64,000 nucleotides of DNA from a bacterium (GCA_965249485.1 OZ252239.1:800001-864000), one strand, 5' to 3'; counted from the first letter of the stretch, positions 30,777 through 41,783 are shown. Notes: generated by a model from the sequence alone, not told the origin. Numbers and translations: made by a program.

Positions 30777-31640
30777 TAAATCTCCTCTGCCCGTTTGTTC
30801 ACTGTCAATATCACTATTTGATTCATTCTTTTTGTTTCATTTATCATATTTATCAATTCCCAAACATGTGTCAAGCTTCATAGGGTAATAAACAGCTTTT
30901 GTTATATGCGATCTTTAGGTCACGAAGGTTGATTAACAACGGTTGAATTGACTGTTTGCAGAACTGTCATCTGCGTCAAAATTACGGCTCATAATTCCGA
31001 CATTTATCCTGTCTTAAAGAGGACTGAACTCCAATAGTAAGATTTGTCATAGCAGAATAACAGATATTTGACATAAAAGGCTCAGACACTAATATTCCCC
31101 TGGAGAAAAGAAGCTCGGTAATGGCATCCTCTCATTTCACAGCTCGTAGCCGGCATCAATTGTATAATACAATGAATACGATTGACCAGATTCCCAGGTG
31201 AGGTATGAACACGCATACAGAATACAATCTCAATATCTGTGAGAACCGATTTTCGGAGGTTATCCTCTGATGATACAGGATCTGTCCTTCGACGCTAATA
31301 AATGGCGATAGTATATTGAGATATTATTTTAAATGCAAGAGTAATTTTACTTTCCCGGTTACTTCCCACTTTATTAGTAAATACTCCCTTACGGTTCAAA
31401 CTGTGCTCCATTACTTATTTCAGGAATAAAATGCAAGAGAAAAAGGTCTATTTGAGCAAAAATGACTTGATTAAAGGGATGAAAAAGTTTATCTTTTGCT
31501 GCTTTAACTTATATATTATGATTAATAAAATAACTCTCGTTTCATGATGTGATATGAGAGACACGGATTAATATATTTTGCCGATGCCCGACACCTTTCA
31601 GAGTTCGTCTATGATGCTTTATGTGTAGGAAGGTCTTTTA

Positions 31641-32414
31641 ATGCTAATCGTGATACCAGCTCTGACATGTGTGATATTTGGTAGCGCTTATCCGCTTTTT
31701 TTCTGGGTAATCTACAAAAAAACGGTGAATCAGAGCTTCTACCGATTTAACCTTGGTCTGGCAACGATTATTGGGAGTGTGGGATTATTCTTTATATGGT
31801 ACCTCAATCTGTCGATAAATACAAAGATCAGTGCCGGAATCTGGGTTGTTCTTCTGATGGCCGTTACGGCGTATTTTTGGAACAAAACAAGTATCCGTGA
31901 GTGGATTGTTAGCCTTCCATCTCTCCTCGGAGGAATTGTCTTTTTCCTGATATTAGAGCAATTAGTAATGCTGGATTGGAGTATGCGGATAGTCAGTATC
32001 TTGAGTGGCTTAATTATTTGCAATGCTCTTTTTGCTATGATTCTTGGACACTGGTATTTGAACGTCGCCAAGTTACCCATCAGATATCTTCAACGGGTAA
32101 CAAACGTCATGCTAATCCTACTGTCGCTCCGGCTGGTGTGGGACCTGTATGCAGTTATTGCAGTAGATGTGACTATCATGGGCACGATGGTGCCTTTAGT
32201 TAACTTTTTGCATCTTATTGAGGGAGTCTTTATTTATCTTGCATTCTTTTTTGGCGCTCTATTCCCATTGGTTATAACATTTATGGCCCTAAGATCATTG
32301 AAGGTGAGTGCAACTCAATCGGCGACAGGTTTATTGTATATAGGGGTGATATCAGTTGCTATGGGTGATTTAATTTATAAATATTATCTTTTGCAGTATG
32401 GGCTGGTATTGTAA
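31641..32414 (+). CDS. Polytopic membrane protein (MILGHWYL / TQSATGLLY motifs)
   Basis: About 8 hydrophobic segments; first gene of a divergent operon. Confidence 0.8.
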   Translation: MLIVIPALTCVIFGSAYPLFFWVIYKKTVNQSFYRFNLGLATIIGSVGLFFIWYLNLSINTKISAGIWVVLLMAVTAYFWNKTSIREWIVSLPSLLGGIVFFLILEQLVMLDWSMRIVSILSGLIICNALFAMILGHWYLNVAKLPIRYLQRVTNVMLILLSLRLVWDLYAVIAVDVTIMGTMVPLVNFLHLIEGVFIYLAFFFGALFPLVITFMALRSLKVSATQSATGLLYIGVISVAMGDLIYKYYLLQYGLVL

Positions 32415-32821
32415 TGCCTTCCATAACAGGGACGTGCGAAAACTGTAATGAGCCGTTTAACATAGAAGCATCGAGTATAACACAATTATCCTGTACACGT
32501 TGCGGTGATCGCACATGGAACATTACACCAGAACTGGACGTATTTACCCAATGTCCCTTTTGCGGCTGTGAGCACTTTTATAAACAGAAAGACTTTAACA
32601 AAGTAATCGGGTGTGGATTAGTTTTTATTGGTGCGGTTTTAGTACCTTTTACATATGGATTAAGTTTATTGGTGCTGGCGATTTTTGACTGGATAATGTA
32701 TCAGCGTTTACCGCAAATGGCTATCTGCTATCGCTGCCGAACAGAATACCGGGGTTATGACCTTCCTGAGAACATTCAGGGATTCAATCACTGGACGGGA
32801 TGGGCAACCGAAAAGAACTGA
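32414..32821 (+). CDS. Membrane protein with four CxxC pairs
   Basis: CENC, CTRC, CPFC..FY.QKDF, a TM hairpin and CYRC; translationally coupled (TAATG). Confidence 0.8.
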   Translation: MPSITGTCENCNEPFNIEASSITQLSCTRCGDRTWNITPELDVFTQCPFCGCEHFYKQKDFNKVIGCGLVFIGAVLVPFTYGLSLLVLAIFDWIMYQRLPQMAICYRCRTEYRGYDLPENIQGFNHWTGWATEKN

Positions 32822-32892
32822 AACATGAGCTGTTCGCTTTATAAAATGTGACCAGTCGGATATCAAAATTATCTATTAATATAGGAGGAATA

Positions 32893-33630
32893 ATGTTGAA
32901 AACATCTGTCTGCCTTGTAGTGTCTCTTGCAGCATTTCTTTTGATAACAGCCGTGGCTCCCAATGAAGGTGCAACAGCCGCAGCTCCCTATGAAGGTGCA
33001 ACCATTACAGGCACAATCAATTTCGAGGGAGAGGTACCAACACTAAGAATCCTGGCGATGAATGCTGATGCGGTATGTGAAATGAAGCACACCGAACCGG
33101 TCAAATCGGAAGCCCTTGTATTGGGGGAAGGAAACACGATGGCAAACGTTTTCGTCCGTGTTGTGAGTGGCTTAACGAAAAAAAATTACCCGGTACCGGA
33201 AGAGCCGGCAGTTCTCGATCAGAATGGTTGTGTATACAAACCACATGTCATGGGTATAAGAGTTAATCAGGAGCTCAAAATCCTGAATTCCGACGGCATA
33301 TTACACAATATTCATCCGCTGCCGAAAGTTAACGATGAGTTCAATATGGCGATGCCTAAATTTCGGAAAGAAGCCATAAGAAAATTTGAAGAAGAAGAAT
33401 TCATTATCCCGGTAAAATGTGATGTGCATCCTTGGATGCAGAGCTACATTGCGGTATTATCTCATCCTTTCTTCGCCATATCCAACATTGATGGAAAGTT
33501 TTCTATCGACGGCCTGGATCCTGGGACATACGAAATTGAAGCATGGCACGAGCGAATGGGTGTCCAGAAAGCTACCGTGGTAATCGCCGCCGATGAGACC
33601 AAAACCGTCGACTTTACATACAAGCGATAA
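32893..33630 (+). CDS. Exported cupredoxin-like protein with carboxypeptidase-regulatory-like domain
   Basis: Signal peptide; DQNGCVY.PH, LHNIH, KCDVHPWM and PGTY...AWHE; RBS AGGAGG. Confidence 0.85.
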   Translation: MLKTSVCLVVSLAAFLLITAVAPNEGATAAAPYEGATITGTINFEGEVPTLRILAMNADAVCEMKHTEPVKSEALVLGEGNTMANVFVRVVSGLTKKNYPVPEEPAVLDQNGCVYKPHVMGIRVNQELKILNSDGILHNIHPLPKVNDEFNMAMPKFRKEAIRKFEEEEFIIPVKCDVHPWMQSYIAVLSHPFFAISNIDGKFSIDGLDPGTYEIEAWHERMGVQKATVVIAADETKTVDFTYKR

Positions 33631-33805
33631 AACCGGTTTGCGGAATATCATATAAGACCCAGTATGCTGGATTAGGAAAAAGTATGAATTATTTTACAAA
33701 TTGATAAGGCTGTATGGTGCTTTACTTCGCTATTCCGAATACCGATTATAATAAAGCTAACTGGTCATAACCTGACATCATTCACAATTCGTTAAAAAGA
33801 AGATA

Positions 33806-34135
33806 ATGGCAAAAAAAGCATATGATCATTACAAAACGGTGCCTGAATTACCCGATAAGTTTGGTGTAAAAAAGAAAAAGCCCAGATTAATGGCGGTAGT
33901 TGACGAAGATAGCTGCACCGGATGTGGGGTATGTATCCCTTTTTGTCCGATTGATTGCATCGAAACCGTTCCAAAGGAAAAATACAACATTCCGATACCT
34001 CCCGTCCAGATAATTTTTAACGAATGTACCGGCTGTCAAATATGTGCCAAGGTCTGCACGAAACTGACTTGGGATGCCATCCGTATGCTCCCCACTGAGA
34101 AATTTGAGGAGATTTACGGTATTGAGATTGACTAA
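33806..34135 (+). CDS. 2x[4Fe-4S] ferredoxin
   Basis: CTGCGVCIPFCP and CTGCQICAKVC. Confidence 0.92.
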   Translation: MAKKAYDHYKTVPELPDKFGVKKKKPRLMAVVDEDSCTGCGVCIPFCPIDCIETVPKEKYNIPIPPVQIIFNECTGCQICAKVCTKLTWDAIRMLPTEKFEEIYGIEID

Positions 34136-34219
34136 GGAGTTTGATAGGGTCTCTACGGGAGAATCTTGCCCTTTACTTTCACCCATTTAACTATTGAAGT
34201 ATAGTAAGGTAAAGCCGTC

Positions 34220-34705
34220 ATGTGGTTTTTTATGTTTGCTTGTTATCTACTGACGCTCGTTTCAGTTATCTTATTGGCAGTAGTTGGCTGTCAGGGCTAT
34301 TTTCACTTCCAGGTAATGGGTTTGAACCATCCTTCTTTTGCGCTTTTTACGACGATTATTTATCTTTTCACGGAAACTCTAGTGATGTTCTTCTTTGTAG
34401 GTACCGGTATTAGTATAAAAGAATATGTAAAGGAACAAGAAAAGGACCCTGAATATTACTCGCGGGCCACATCCATCAAACGGACACTTTATCCGCCATT
34501 GTTGCTGAATATCGTCCTGGTAATGACTGTATTTATTATTGGCGGAGGAGTTGATACGCGTGTCCTACCAGGATGGCTCCATGGTGCTCTGTTTATCGTC
34601 GCCTTTTTACATTTTATTAAAACGATCATAGTTCAGCATCGCTGCTTCAAGGCGAATACGAATATAATTCTTGACATGTCTGGCATACAACACAAGAGTT
34701 CTTAA
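34220..34705 (+). CDS. 4-TM membrane protein with His residues
   Basis: Four hydrophobic segments; NHP, MFFFVGTG, WLHG and FLH. Confidence 0.8.
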   Translation: MWFFMFACYLLTLVSVILLAVVGCQGYFHFQVMGLNHPSFALFTTIIYLFTETLVMFFFVGTGISIKEYVKEQEKDPEYYSRATSIKRTLYPPLLLNIVLVMTVFIIGGGVDTRVLPGWLHGALFIVAFLHFIKTIIVQHRCFKANTNIILDMSGIQHKSS

Positions 34706-34709
34706 GAAC

Positions 34710-34913
34710 ATGGAATACGTTGCTACTCTTGTTCTTGCGATTCTAATTGGATTGGGTGTCGCTCTCTTCCGTGCGCAGAGAACACTCAACCTTCGCGAAG
34801 ACGAACAGGAATCAGATCTCGAAGAATGGATTTGTCCGGAATGCGGATTTACCGTACAGGCAGGCTCTGAATGTATCTACTGCCATACGAATAAACCTCG
34901 GTCAGTTGGTTAA
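34710..34913 (+). CDS. Small TM protein with C-terminal zinc ribbon
   Basis: MEYVATLVLAILIG.. followed by WICPECG..CIYC. Confidence 0.7.
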   Translation: MEYVATLVLAILIGLGVALFRAQRTLNLREDEQESDLEEWICPECGFTVQAGSECIYCHTNKPRSVG

Positions 34914-34926
34914 ATATGATAGGGTT

Positions 34927-35088
34927 ATGTACTACGTTGCAAGAATCAGCCAGGCGCTCGGATTGGGAATAATTATGGTTGGATTTATATCTTCTTTTCC
35001 GGAATTAATAAACATAAGGTATTTGTTTGCTGGTTTAATACTGTATCTGTTCGGCTGGTTGATACAGCGTTATATGCTGCACGAATAG
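34927..35088 (+). CDS. Small 2-TM protein
   Basis: MYYVARISQALGL..LFGWLIQR; AGGG RBS. Confidence 0.65.
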   Translation: MYYVARISQALGLGIIMVGFISSFPELINIRYLFAGLILYLFGWLIQRYMLHE

Positions 35089-35096
35089 TTTTGTTG

Positions 35097-37994
35097 CTAT
35101 TCAATTGTCAGTAAATAGTCTCTGAGAACGCGAATTTGCTCGTGTTCATCCCCGTTTAGAATGTCATCTGGTCCGGAGTATTCAAAAAATTCCTCAACAA
35201 AGTAAGTAGGCATCTTCGTTCCAGGCAATAGGGACTGAGGATCCATAATCCAATCGATAATCCAATCTGGTTTCAAACGCTCGCTCCCAAGAGCGAAGTT
35301 CGGTGCCCAGTTGTCGGGCGACCCACCAGGAAAAACGTCTCCGGCAATATGGCAGCTTCCGCAGGAGAAATAATCACTCGAGAAAAGTTTTTTCCCCGCA
35401 GCAAGCTCGGTAGAAGTCAGGTTTGGTTCAAATATGTCAACAAATGGAAAATCCTGATCATCCAGAAAACTGAAATATCGAATCATCATATTTGTTTGAG
35501 CCTCGGTAAATGCAAAGGTTGGCATCCGAGTCTTCAGCCACGGGCGAACGATCTCCGGATTCCGAAAAAAATGATAGAGCCAGTTCGTCTGCACCTTTTT
35601 TCCTTCTCCTATCAGATTCGGAGGGCTGAAACTTTGTGTAATCGCAGCAGCTTCGGTTTCACCCCGGTCATCATATTTCATGAGCCAGTCTGTGACCATC
35701 GGTTGAATGGCACCCCCGTCGTTTTCAATGATATGGCAGCCCTGACAATTATATTCCCGTACAATCCATTGTCCTTCCTCAACGTACAGATTTTTCGGTG
35801 TGCGGGGATTAATTTTGGATGCCAATGCCCTCTCTTCGGTCAATCCAAGAAGAACTGTTACAATGGCTTCAACTTCCTCATCGGTATACTCAAAGTTTGG
35901 CATGTGCAACTTTTCGCCCGGAAGCTTCACTTTGTCCTTGTCAAAGATGCGCGGCTCTTTCAACTTCTGGGTGAACCAGGCGCGCCTGGTATGATCAATA
36001 TCCACAAAACCAAAATCTAACCGCTCAACGCTTTTGCTTCCTTCGAAGCTTAACTCCGTACCGATAGGTTTATCTTCGTCAAAACCCGGTATGTTATGAC
36101 ACCCGAAACAACCATAAAAGCGGATAAGGTTTTCACCGTTATAGGTGAGCTTATCCTCTTGGGTTAATCGCTCAACTTCCATTTGAGCTTCAACATCCGA
36201 CATTGTCATATTCAAGAACTCAGCGGCAATTCGATCCTGAATCTCTTCATCGATATCAGGAAATGGTGTGTCCATAAAACCTTCCTGGTTGAGCGTAAGA
36301 AGGTATGCGGTAATATCTGCGGCTTCCTGATCAGTTAAGCGAAGATTCGGCATTTTCGTTTCCGGGAAATAAGCCTCAGGGTTCTTAAGCCAGTTGTACA
36401 CCCACTTTTCTGTGGTTTTGGATCCCACACCTATCAGGTTGGGACCATGATCCCGTCGTAGTGTCTGCAGTGACGTCTCCCGTTCGATTTCTTCTGATTC
36501 CATCCGGTGACACCCAAAACACCCGAGAGATGCCACCAGTTCTTCACCATTTGTTGCGACCCCGTTTCGCTCAACAGAGTTCATCTCAAAGGCACTGCTG
36601 TTGCCGAACAAATAATGAACAATGGCCTGAATCTCCTGGTCGGTTCTCTTGACATATTCGGTATCGCTGTTGTTTGATTGACCGAAAAATCTGGGCATCC
36701 AGGTATTGTGCCTGAACGATTTGGGATTGTTGATCCAGCGCATTGCCCAGTCTTTGTTAAGCTTTGATGCAATTTGGTTCAGATCAGGACCTACACGTCT
36801 TTTATCTTCATATTTCTCTATAACGTGACATCCAAAACAACCGGACCGTTCGACCAGATTCAATCCCAGATTCAATTGGTCGGCGCCGGCAATGAGGGTC
36901 TCTTCGTAGTGGCAACTCAGACAACCGGCTTCCACGTTTTTCATAGAATACATGGGTGCTTCCCAGTGTTCCATGTGGTGCCACCCATATTTATCCTCCC
37001 ACTCTTTCTGCTGTTCCGGAGTCGACGGTATATGAGCGGCTGATGTGAAATCGGTTCCACGACCCCTACCACCATGACAGCTCGTACACCCGAAATCTTC
37101 TACCGGATGAGGAGAAGAACTGGTAACAAAGAGTTCCAGGCGTGGGTGCGCCTTAAAAGGGTTCTCCGCATCTTTATACTCGATACCCTGCAATCCCTGA
37201 TGGCAGGTTGTACACCGGTCAACCTTAGGAACTTTTGTAAAATTCACATTATCGACAATGTCGCTTATAACTACCTGATCAATTTTGTGATAGGGTTGAA
37301 GGAAATCAACAACGGGCAGATCGCGAAACCAGTTACCGATCTTGTTGGCAAAACTCATCTCCTCGGGATCTACTACAGAAAGCTTAATCTGCAGGAGATC
37401 AACTTCTTTCCGTATTGCATTGATTTCACTCTGTATCTCGTAGATATCCGCGCCGAATACATCAATCACTGCCTGCTGCTCAATCATTTCTTTTTCAGAT
37501 GCTTCTGAGACAAGGCGCAATTCATCCTTCCTTTGATTTAATTCATCCAGATGATGCTTGGTTCTATCCACGCTACCAGACCCACGCGCAACTGCTTGCT
37601 CATATTCATACTTTGCCACGTCATAATCAGCCACAACGAAACGGGAAGCCTGGCTATCATTGTACTGGCGTTCTTCGATCTCCGATAATTTGCTCTGTGC
37701 TTCCTCTAATTCAACGGATTTTTCCTCAAAAATTGCATTGGCTTCTTCTAACCTTATTGTCAACTCCTGATATTCTTCCTGCTCCTCCACTGCGGACATC
37801 ATTTCGGAGATAGCAGCTCGGGTATTTTCGACTTCCAAGCCCCGGAATTCTCTTTGATAATCTTTCCATTCACGAGTATAGTCATTCACAAACGTCCAAA
37901 TCAGCGATAGAAAGAATACCAAACTGGAAATCATGAACCATTTGTTTAGAGTGTTGATTTTATAATAGCGTTCATCCTTCTGATGTTCCGTCAT
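35097..37994 (-). CDS. Membrane-anchored octaheme cytochrome c subunit of Rieske/cyt b complex
   Basis: N-terminal TM, long coiled coil and 8 CxxCH motifs (CTTCH, CTSCH, CLSCH, 3x CFGCH, CQGCH, CGSCH); repeated W..NP..T.MP motifs. Confidence 0.92.
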   Translation of the reverse strand: MTEHQKDERYYKINTLNKWFMISSLVFFLSLIWTFVNDYTREWKDYQREFRGLEVENTRAAISEMMSAVEEQEEYQELTIRLEEANAIFEEKSVELEEAQSKLSEIEERQYNDSQASRFVVADYDVAKYEYEQAVARGSGSVDRTKHHLDELNQRKDELRLVSEASEKEMIEQQAVIDVFGADIYEIQSEINAIRKEVDLLQIKLSVVDPEEMSFANKIGNWFRDLPVVDFLQPYHKIDQVVISDIVDNVNFTKVPKVDRCTTCHQGLQGIEYKDAENPFKAHPRLELFVTSSSPHPVEDFGCTSCHGGRGRGTDFTSAAHIPSTPEQQKEWEDKYGWHHMEHWEAPMYSMKNVEAGCLSCHYEETLIAGADQLNLGLNLVERSGCFGCHVIEKYEDKRRVGPDLNQIASKLNKDWAMRWINNPKSFRHNTWMPRFFGQSNNSDTEYVKRTDQEIQAIVHYLFGNSSAFEMNSVERNGVATNGEELVASLGCFGCHRMESEEIERETSLQTLRRDHGPNLIGVGSKTTEKWVYNWLKNPEAYFPETKMPNLRLTDQEAADITAYLLTLNQEGFMDTPFPDIDEEIQDRIAAEFLNMTMSDVEAQMEVERLTQEDKLTYNGENLIRFYGCFGCHNIPGFDEDKPIGTELSFEGSKSVERLDFGFVDIDHTRRAWFTQKLKEPRIFDKDKVKLPGEKLHMPNFEYTDEEVEAIVTVLLGLTEERALASKINPRTPKNLYVEEGQWIVREYNCQGCHIIENDGGAIQPMVTDWLMKYDDRGETEAAAITQSFSPPNLIGEGKKVQTNWLYHFFRNPEIVRPWLKTRMPTFAFTEAQTNMMIRYFSFLDDQDFPFVDIFEPNLTSTELAAGKKLFSSDYFSCGSCHIAGDVFPGGSPDNWAPNFALGSERLKPDWIIDWIMDPQSLLPGTKMPTYFVEEFFEYSGPDDILNGDEHEQIRVLRDYLLTIE

Positions 37995-38005
37995 AAACGT
38001 TCCTT

Positions 38006-39123
38006 CTAAATGTTAAAGAAAAATTCCGGTATCGCGACAATGTATTTCAGATTTATCATCCACCGCAAATACATTTTGATGGGAAGACTCAGCGCAGCCA
38101 GGAAAAGAAACATGAAAACACTGTACCTGACATTACCCATCTTTAAGTATAAATCTTTTAAGAATGTTTTTGCGAAGAGCGGCGGCAAGACTAAAAAATA
38201 TCCCAAAACTAGTAAATCCCGAATATCTCCCGGACAATGACATTTTGTGGTAAACTTGTCCTGAAAAGAAATAGATAAATGTATTCGGAAAGGTTGACGT
38301 TCGACAAGGCTTCAATCTTGCCAATATCCCAGGTTTCGAAGGGTCCGAAGATGTTCCAGTTTGGTCCTCTGAGAATAGTACCAACCCCCATCAGGAAAAT
38401 CCAGAGCACTAGAAAACTGAAGAGAAAAAAGGAGATCGCCATCATCCTCTCTTTGTAGCAATAATATCCCGATCCCTTTGAATTAAAATCAAAATACGGG
38501 ATTGCCATCAGTCCAACAATTATAATGGTAGGAAATAACACTCCTGCAATCCACGGATCAAAATATACCAACATTTCCTGTAGACCGAGAAAATACCATG
38601 GTGCCTTCGAAGGATTCGGCGTCATGGCGGGATTGGCAGGCGCTTCCAACGGCGCCGAGATACCAATGGACCACACCAGCAGGAGAACTGTGCAAAGAAT
38701 CAATGCGATAAATTCGACATACACCAAGTCTGGCCATACAAGAACATTTTCATGTGTCTCCGACTTTTCATCGGGTTGTTCGCCTTTCTCAAGTCGTTCG
38801 TCATTTTCGATCGCCTGTTTCATACTCAACCAGGTGAAAAACATGACGAGAAATATGAGGCCGACTATAGGTATGTTATCCGGTTTAAAGACGATTAATC
38901 GAAAATTAGCATCGGTTAATCCGAACAGGTAGAAAGCAACCATGATAGCCAGGAGAACGATTCCACCCGTATTTGTCCAGATTTTCCGGATCCTCAATTT
39001 ATTATTCCACTTCATGAACCAGTTTGTCGGGGGGAAAATGAAGAAGAACAACAAAATTATTATCGTGAGCATCACCGTCGGATTGCTAACCGAATTAATA
39101 ATTTCTTTCAAAAATTGCATCAT
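38006..39123 (-). CDS. Cytochrome b subunit IV-like protein with extra TM helices (frameshift near 38215)
   Basis: VWPDL..E, APLEAPANP..TPNPSKAPWYFLGLQE; one extra T joins it to LLVLGYF..LPIKMYLRW. Confidence 0.88.
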
Positions 39124-39229
39124 TCGTACCCGTTTGTATCAAAGTTATCTTACTTATGAAAGGTTGAGATATTAAATAAAATGTAATTCGAATGTCGTTT
39201 CAAAAATAACACAATACCTGGCAGACATA

Positions 39230-40030
39230 TCACAACGGGGTAGAAATCCCCCCGTCTTTTCTAATCCGCCAAAAATGAATTGCCATGAACACCATAATAA
39301 CCACCGGTAGTCCGATGCAGTGTAACACATAAAACCTGAGCAAAGCTGCCTCTCCAACTGTGCGGCCCGCTAATAGCGCAAACCGGACATCGCTCCCAGC
39401 ATGTATCAGATTGATGTCTCCAATACTCAGAAGAACAGCTCCGGGTCCTTCGGTTCCGAGAAAAGGAGTTGCTCTCGCCATATTTGTTCCTACGGTGATC
39501 GCCCAGATTGCCAGTTGATCCCACGGCAGCAAATATCCGGTAAAGCTGAGGAGGAGAGTCAATAACATAAGAACCACTCCGATTGCCCAGTTAAATTCAC
39601 GTGGAGGTTTATACGATCCGGTCATGAATACCCGAAACATATGGAGCCAGACGGAAATAACCATAAGATGGGCACCCCACCGATGGATTTCACGCATAAT
39701 GCCGAGGGGTACTTGCTCAGCTAAGTCTATGATATCGGTATAAGCGTATTCGACAGTAGGTCGATAATAGAACATCAGGAGGATGCCTGTTATTGTCTCT
39801 ACGAGGAATAGATAAAACGTCAATCCGCCCATACACCATGTATATTTTACTTTAACAGCATGTTTTGGGAGGCGGACCGGATGCAGATGCAAAAAGACGT
39901 TGTTGAGAACTGACATCATTCGCTGGCGACGGCTTACCGGTACACCGGTGCGAAATATAGACTTCCACACTTGAGAATCCGCCAGCTTTTCAAGAAGATT
40001 CATTTCTGTCTTAGGGGTCTTGTTTGCCAT
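39230..40030 (-). CDS. Cytochrome b6-like N-terminal subunit
   Basis: WCMGG (heme ci Cys), [20 protein letters not shown], a helix-D His pair 14 residues apart, and [11 protein letters not shown]. Confidence 0.93.
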   Translation of the reverse strand: MANKTPKTEMNLLEKLADSQVWKSIFRTGVPVSRRQRMMSVLNNVFLHLHPVRLPKHAVKVKYTWCMGGLTFYLFLVETITGILLMFYYRPTVEYAYTDIIDLAEQVPLGIMREIHRWGAHLMVISVWLHMFRVFMTGSYKPPREFNWAIGVVLMLLTLLLSFTGYLLPWDQLAIWAITVGTNMARATPFLGTEGPGAVLLSIGDINLIHAGSDVRFALLAGRTVGEAALLRFYVLHCIGLPVVIMVFMAIHFWRIRKDGGISTPL

Positions 40031-40233
40031 AGGGTTTCCAGCTCCGTTTAAATTATGTCATCATTCAAAAAATTTACACACTTTTTTAGTATATTGTACC
40101 TGATATAGTGCATTTAATAAAAATTCGATTTTGTCAGATATGTTGAATTGAGTTCAGCATAACAATCCTTTAAACATATAATACAACTACTCAGAAGCAC
40201 AATACTATCGCTTCTAAAACTTAAACTCAACTA

Positions 40234-40851
40234 TCATACCGGCAAGAATGAATCAGGATCGTTCCATTCGCCCTTTTCCTGCTGATACTTTCTTGTTTTA
40301 TCAATAAGTATCTGACCATCCTCGGCTAAAACGATCCGGAACCGTTCGAGCGGTCTGGGTGCCGGTCCCTCAAAATTGATCCCTGTCTGGTAAAATCCGC
40401 TTCCATGACAGGGACATTTGAATTTTCTATCATTCTTCAGCCAGTTGGGAGTGCACCCCAGATGGGTACAAGTGGTCGATAACACATAGATATACCTGGA
40501 TGTTCTGATTAACCAGATACCAAATTGCTCCTTCCATCGCTCATCAACCGCTCCAATGGTATAATCATCCGCATAACCGACTTTGAATGTCAACGGGGGT
40601 TCGAAGAGAACGTTCGGATATAAGAACCGCACGATCATGGTCAGGAATGCAAGAGTCGCCCCGGAAAAAGCAATCCAGGCTACCCCCAACCAAGAAAATG
40701 CCGAACGTCTGGACATCTCGGCTACCTTCCCCGTCTGCTCCTCCCCTATCGAAGCTTTTGGAACCGACCGTGCCGGTTTCTCCGTCGTCGAAGAATTCTC
40801 TTCAGTCGGATTTTTCTTCTCTTCTTCGTTCTTGTTTAATTTTTCATTCAT
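40234..40851 (-). CDS. Rieske 2Fe-2S subunit
   Basis: Tat-like SRRSAF, TM, CTHLGC, CPCHGSGF and GPAPRPL. Confidence 0.95.
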   Translation of the reverse strand: MNEKLNKNEEEKKNPTEENSSTTEKPARSVPKASIGEEQTGKVAEMSRRSAFSWLGVAWIAFSGATLAFLTMIVRFLYPNVLFEPPLTFKVGYADDYTIGAVDERWKEQFGIWLIRTSRYIYVLSTTCTHLGCTPNWLKNDRKFKCPCHGSGFYQTGINFEGPAPRPLERFRIVLAEDGQILIDKTRKYQQEKGEWNDPDSFLPV

Positions 40852-40892
40852 ATTGTTTTTGCCAATAAGTAGATTGAATAAGTAAGTATCCG

Positions 40893-41783
40893 CTATTTTT
40901 GTATAGTATTCTCCTGTCGCATTGCAAGAAGCTGCAGCGCTGTTTTTCTGACCTCCATGTTTCTTGCAGTTCTACTTAATTCTTCAATCGCCTCATCCAA
41001 AAGAGGATCATTCAACAATTCCGCAACCTTTATGGCAACCAGCATTGCCTGATTACGCTCGGAGAAATCAACCTCTTTGAAATCTTCAAGATAACTTTCG
41101 TCCAGCAGGCTCAATAGTACGTCTCTTCCTGTATTATCCCCCATTTTCGCAAGGGCAACTGCGGCATCCCACCGGACATTAGGTTCCCTGTCGTAGAGCG
41201 ACTTACGGAGTACCTCCAGAGAACTCGGATCAGCTATCTTGCCAAGTGCAATGACCGTCTGTAATCTTATGCTGGAGTTGGCATGATCGAGAAACGAATA
41301 CAAGGATGTTGCCGCCTTTGTCTGCCGCAGATTGCCAAGAGCGTTGATGATGGCAGGCAGATTATCTTCTCTTGCATTCGGCAACGCCTCAACGAGCGGG
41401 TCCAAAAAGCTTGGATTACCAGTTCTTCCCATTGCAAGAGCAAGGTATTGTCGTACCCTAACATCGTCATGCTCTACCTGACCAAAAATATTGATAATTT
41501 CGGAAAAGAATCGCTGATTTTGCGCAATGGTATTCGGTTTGTTCAGAATCTGGGATAATTCGTAAGCAGCTTGCCAGCGTCTGCTTGCACCGCCTACTTT
41601 GATATCATTGAGGTAATCTAATGGTGACTGCTCTTCCTGCGTCAGTAAACTGACAAAAGTAAAGAAGAAAACTCCAAGAACCGCTATTAAAACGGGAATG
41701 ACAACAAATGAATGAATCAAAACCTTTAGAACCGACTTTGCTTCTCGCGTGTCATCATCTTTTGCGTTGATCTGGTGATCCAT
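40893..41783 (-). CDS. Membrane-anchored HEAT-repeat protein
   Basis: TM helix then VRQYLALAMG, IRLQTVIALG and VRWDAAVALA repeats. Confidence 0.88.
   Translation of the reverse strand: MDHQINAKDDDTREAKSVLKVLIHSFVVIPVLIAVLGVFFFTFVSLLTQEEQSPLDYLNDIKVGGASRRWQAAYELSQILNKPNTIAQNQRFFSEIINIFGQVEHDDVRVRQYLALAMGRTGNPSFLDPLVEALPNAREDNLPAIINALGNLRQTKAATSLYSFLDHANSSIRLQTVIALGKIADPSSLEVLRKSLYDREPNVRWDAAVALAKMGDNTGRDVLLSLLDESYLEDFKEVDFSERNQAMLVAIKVAELLNDPLLDEAIEELSRTARNMEVRKTALQLLAMRQENTIQK

Noticed and set aside
30777..31640. 860-bp divergent intergenic region as an ncRNA or FNR/Rex-controlled promoter
   Set aside because: No complete TTGAT-N4-ATCAA or Rex palindrome and no recognisable RNA family found by eye.
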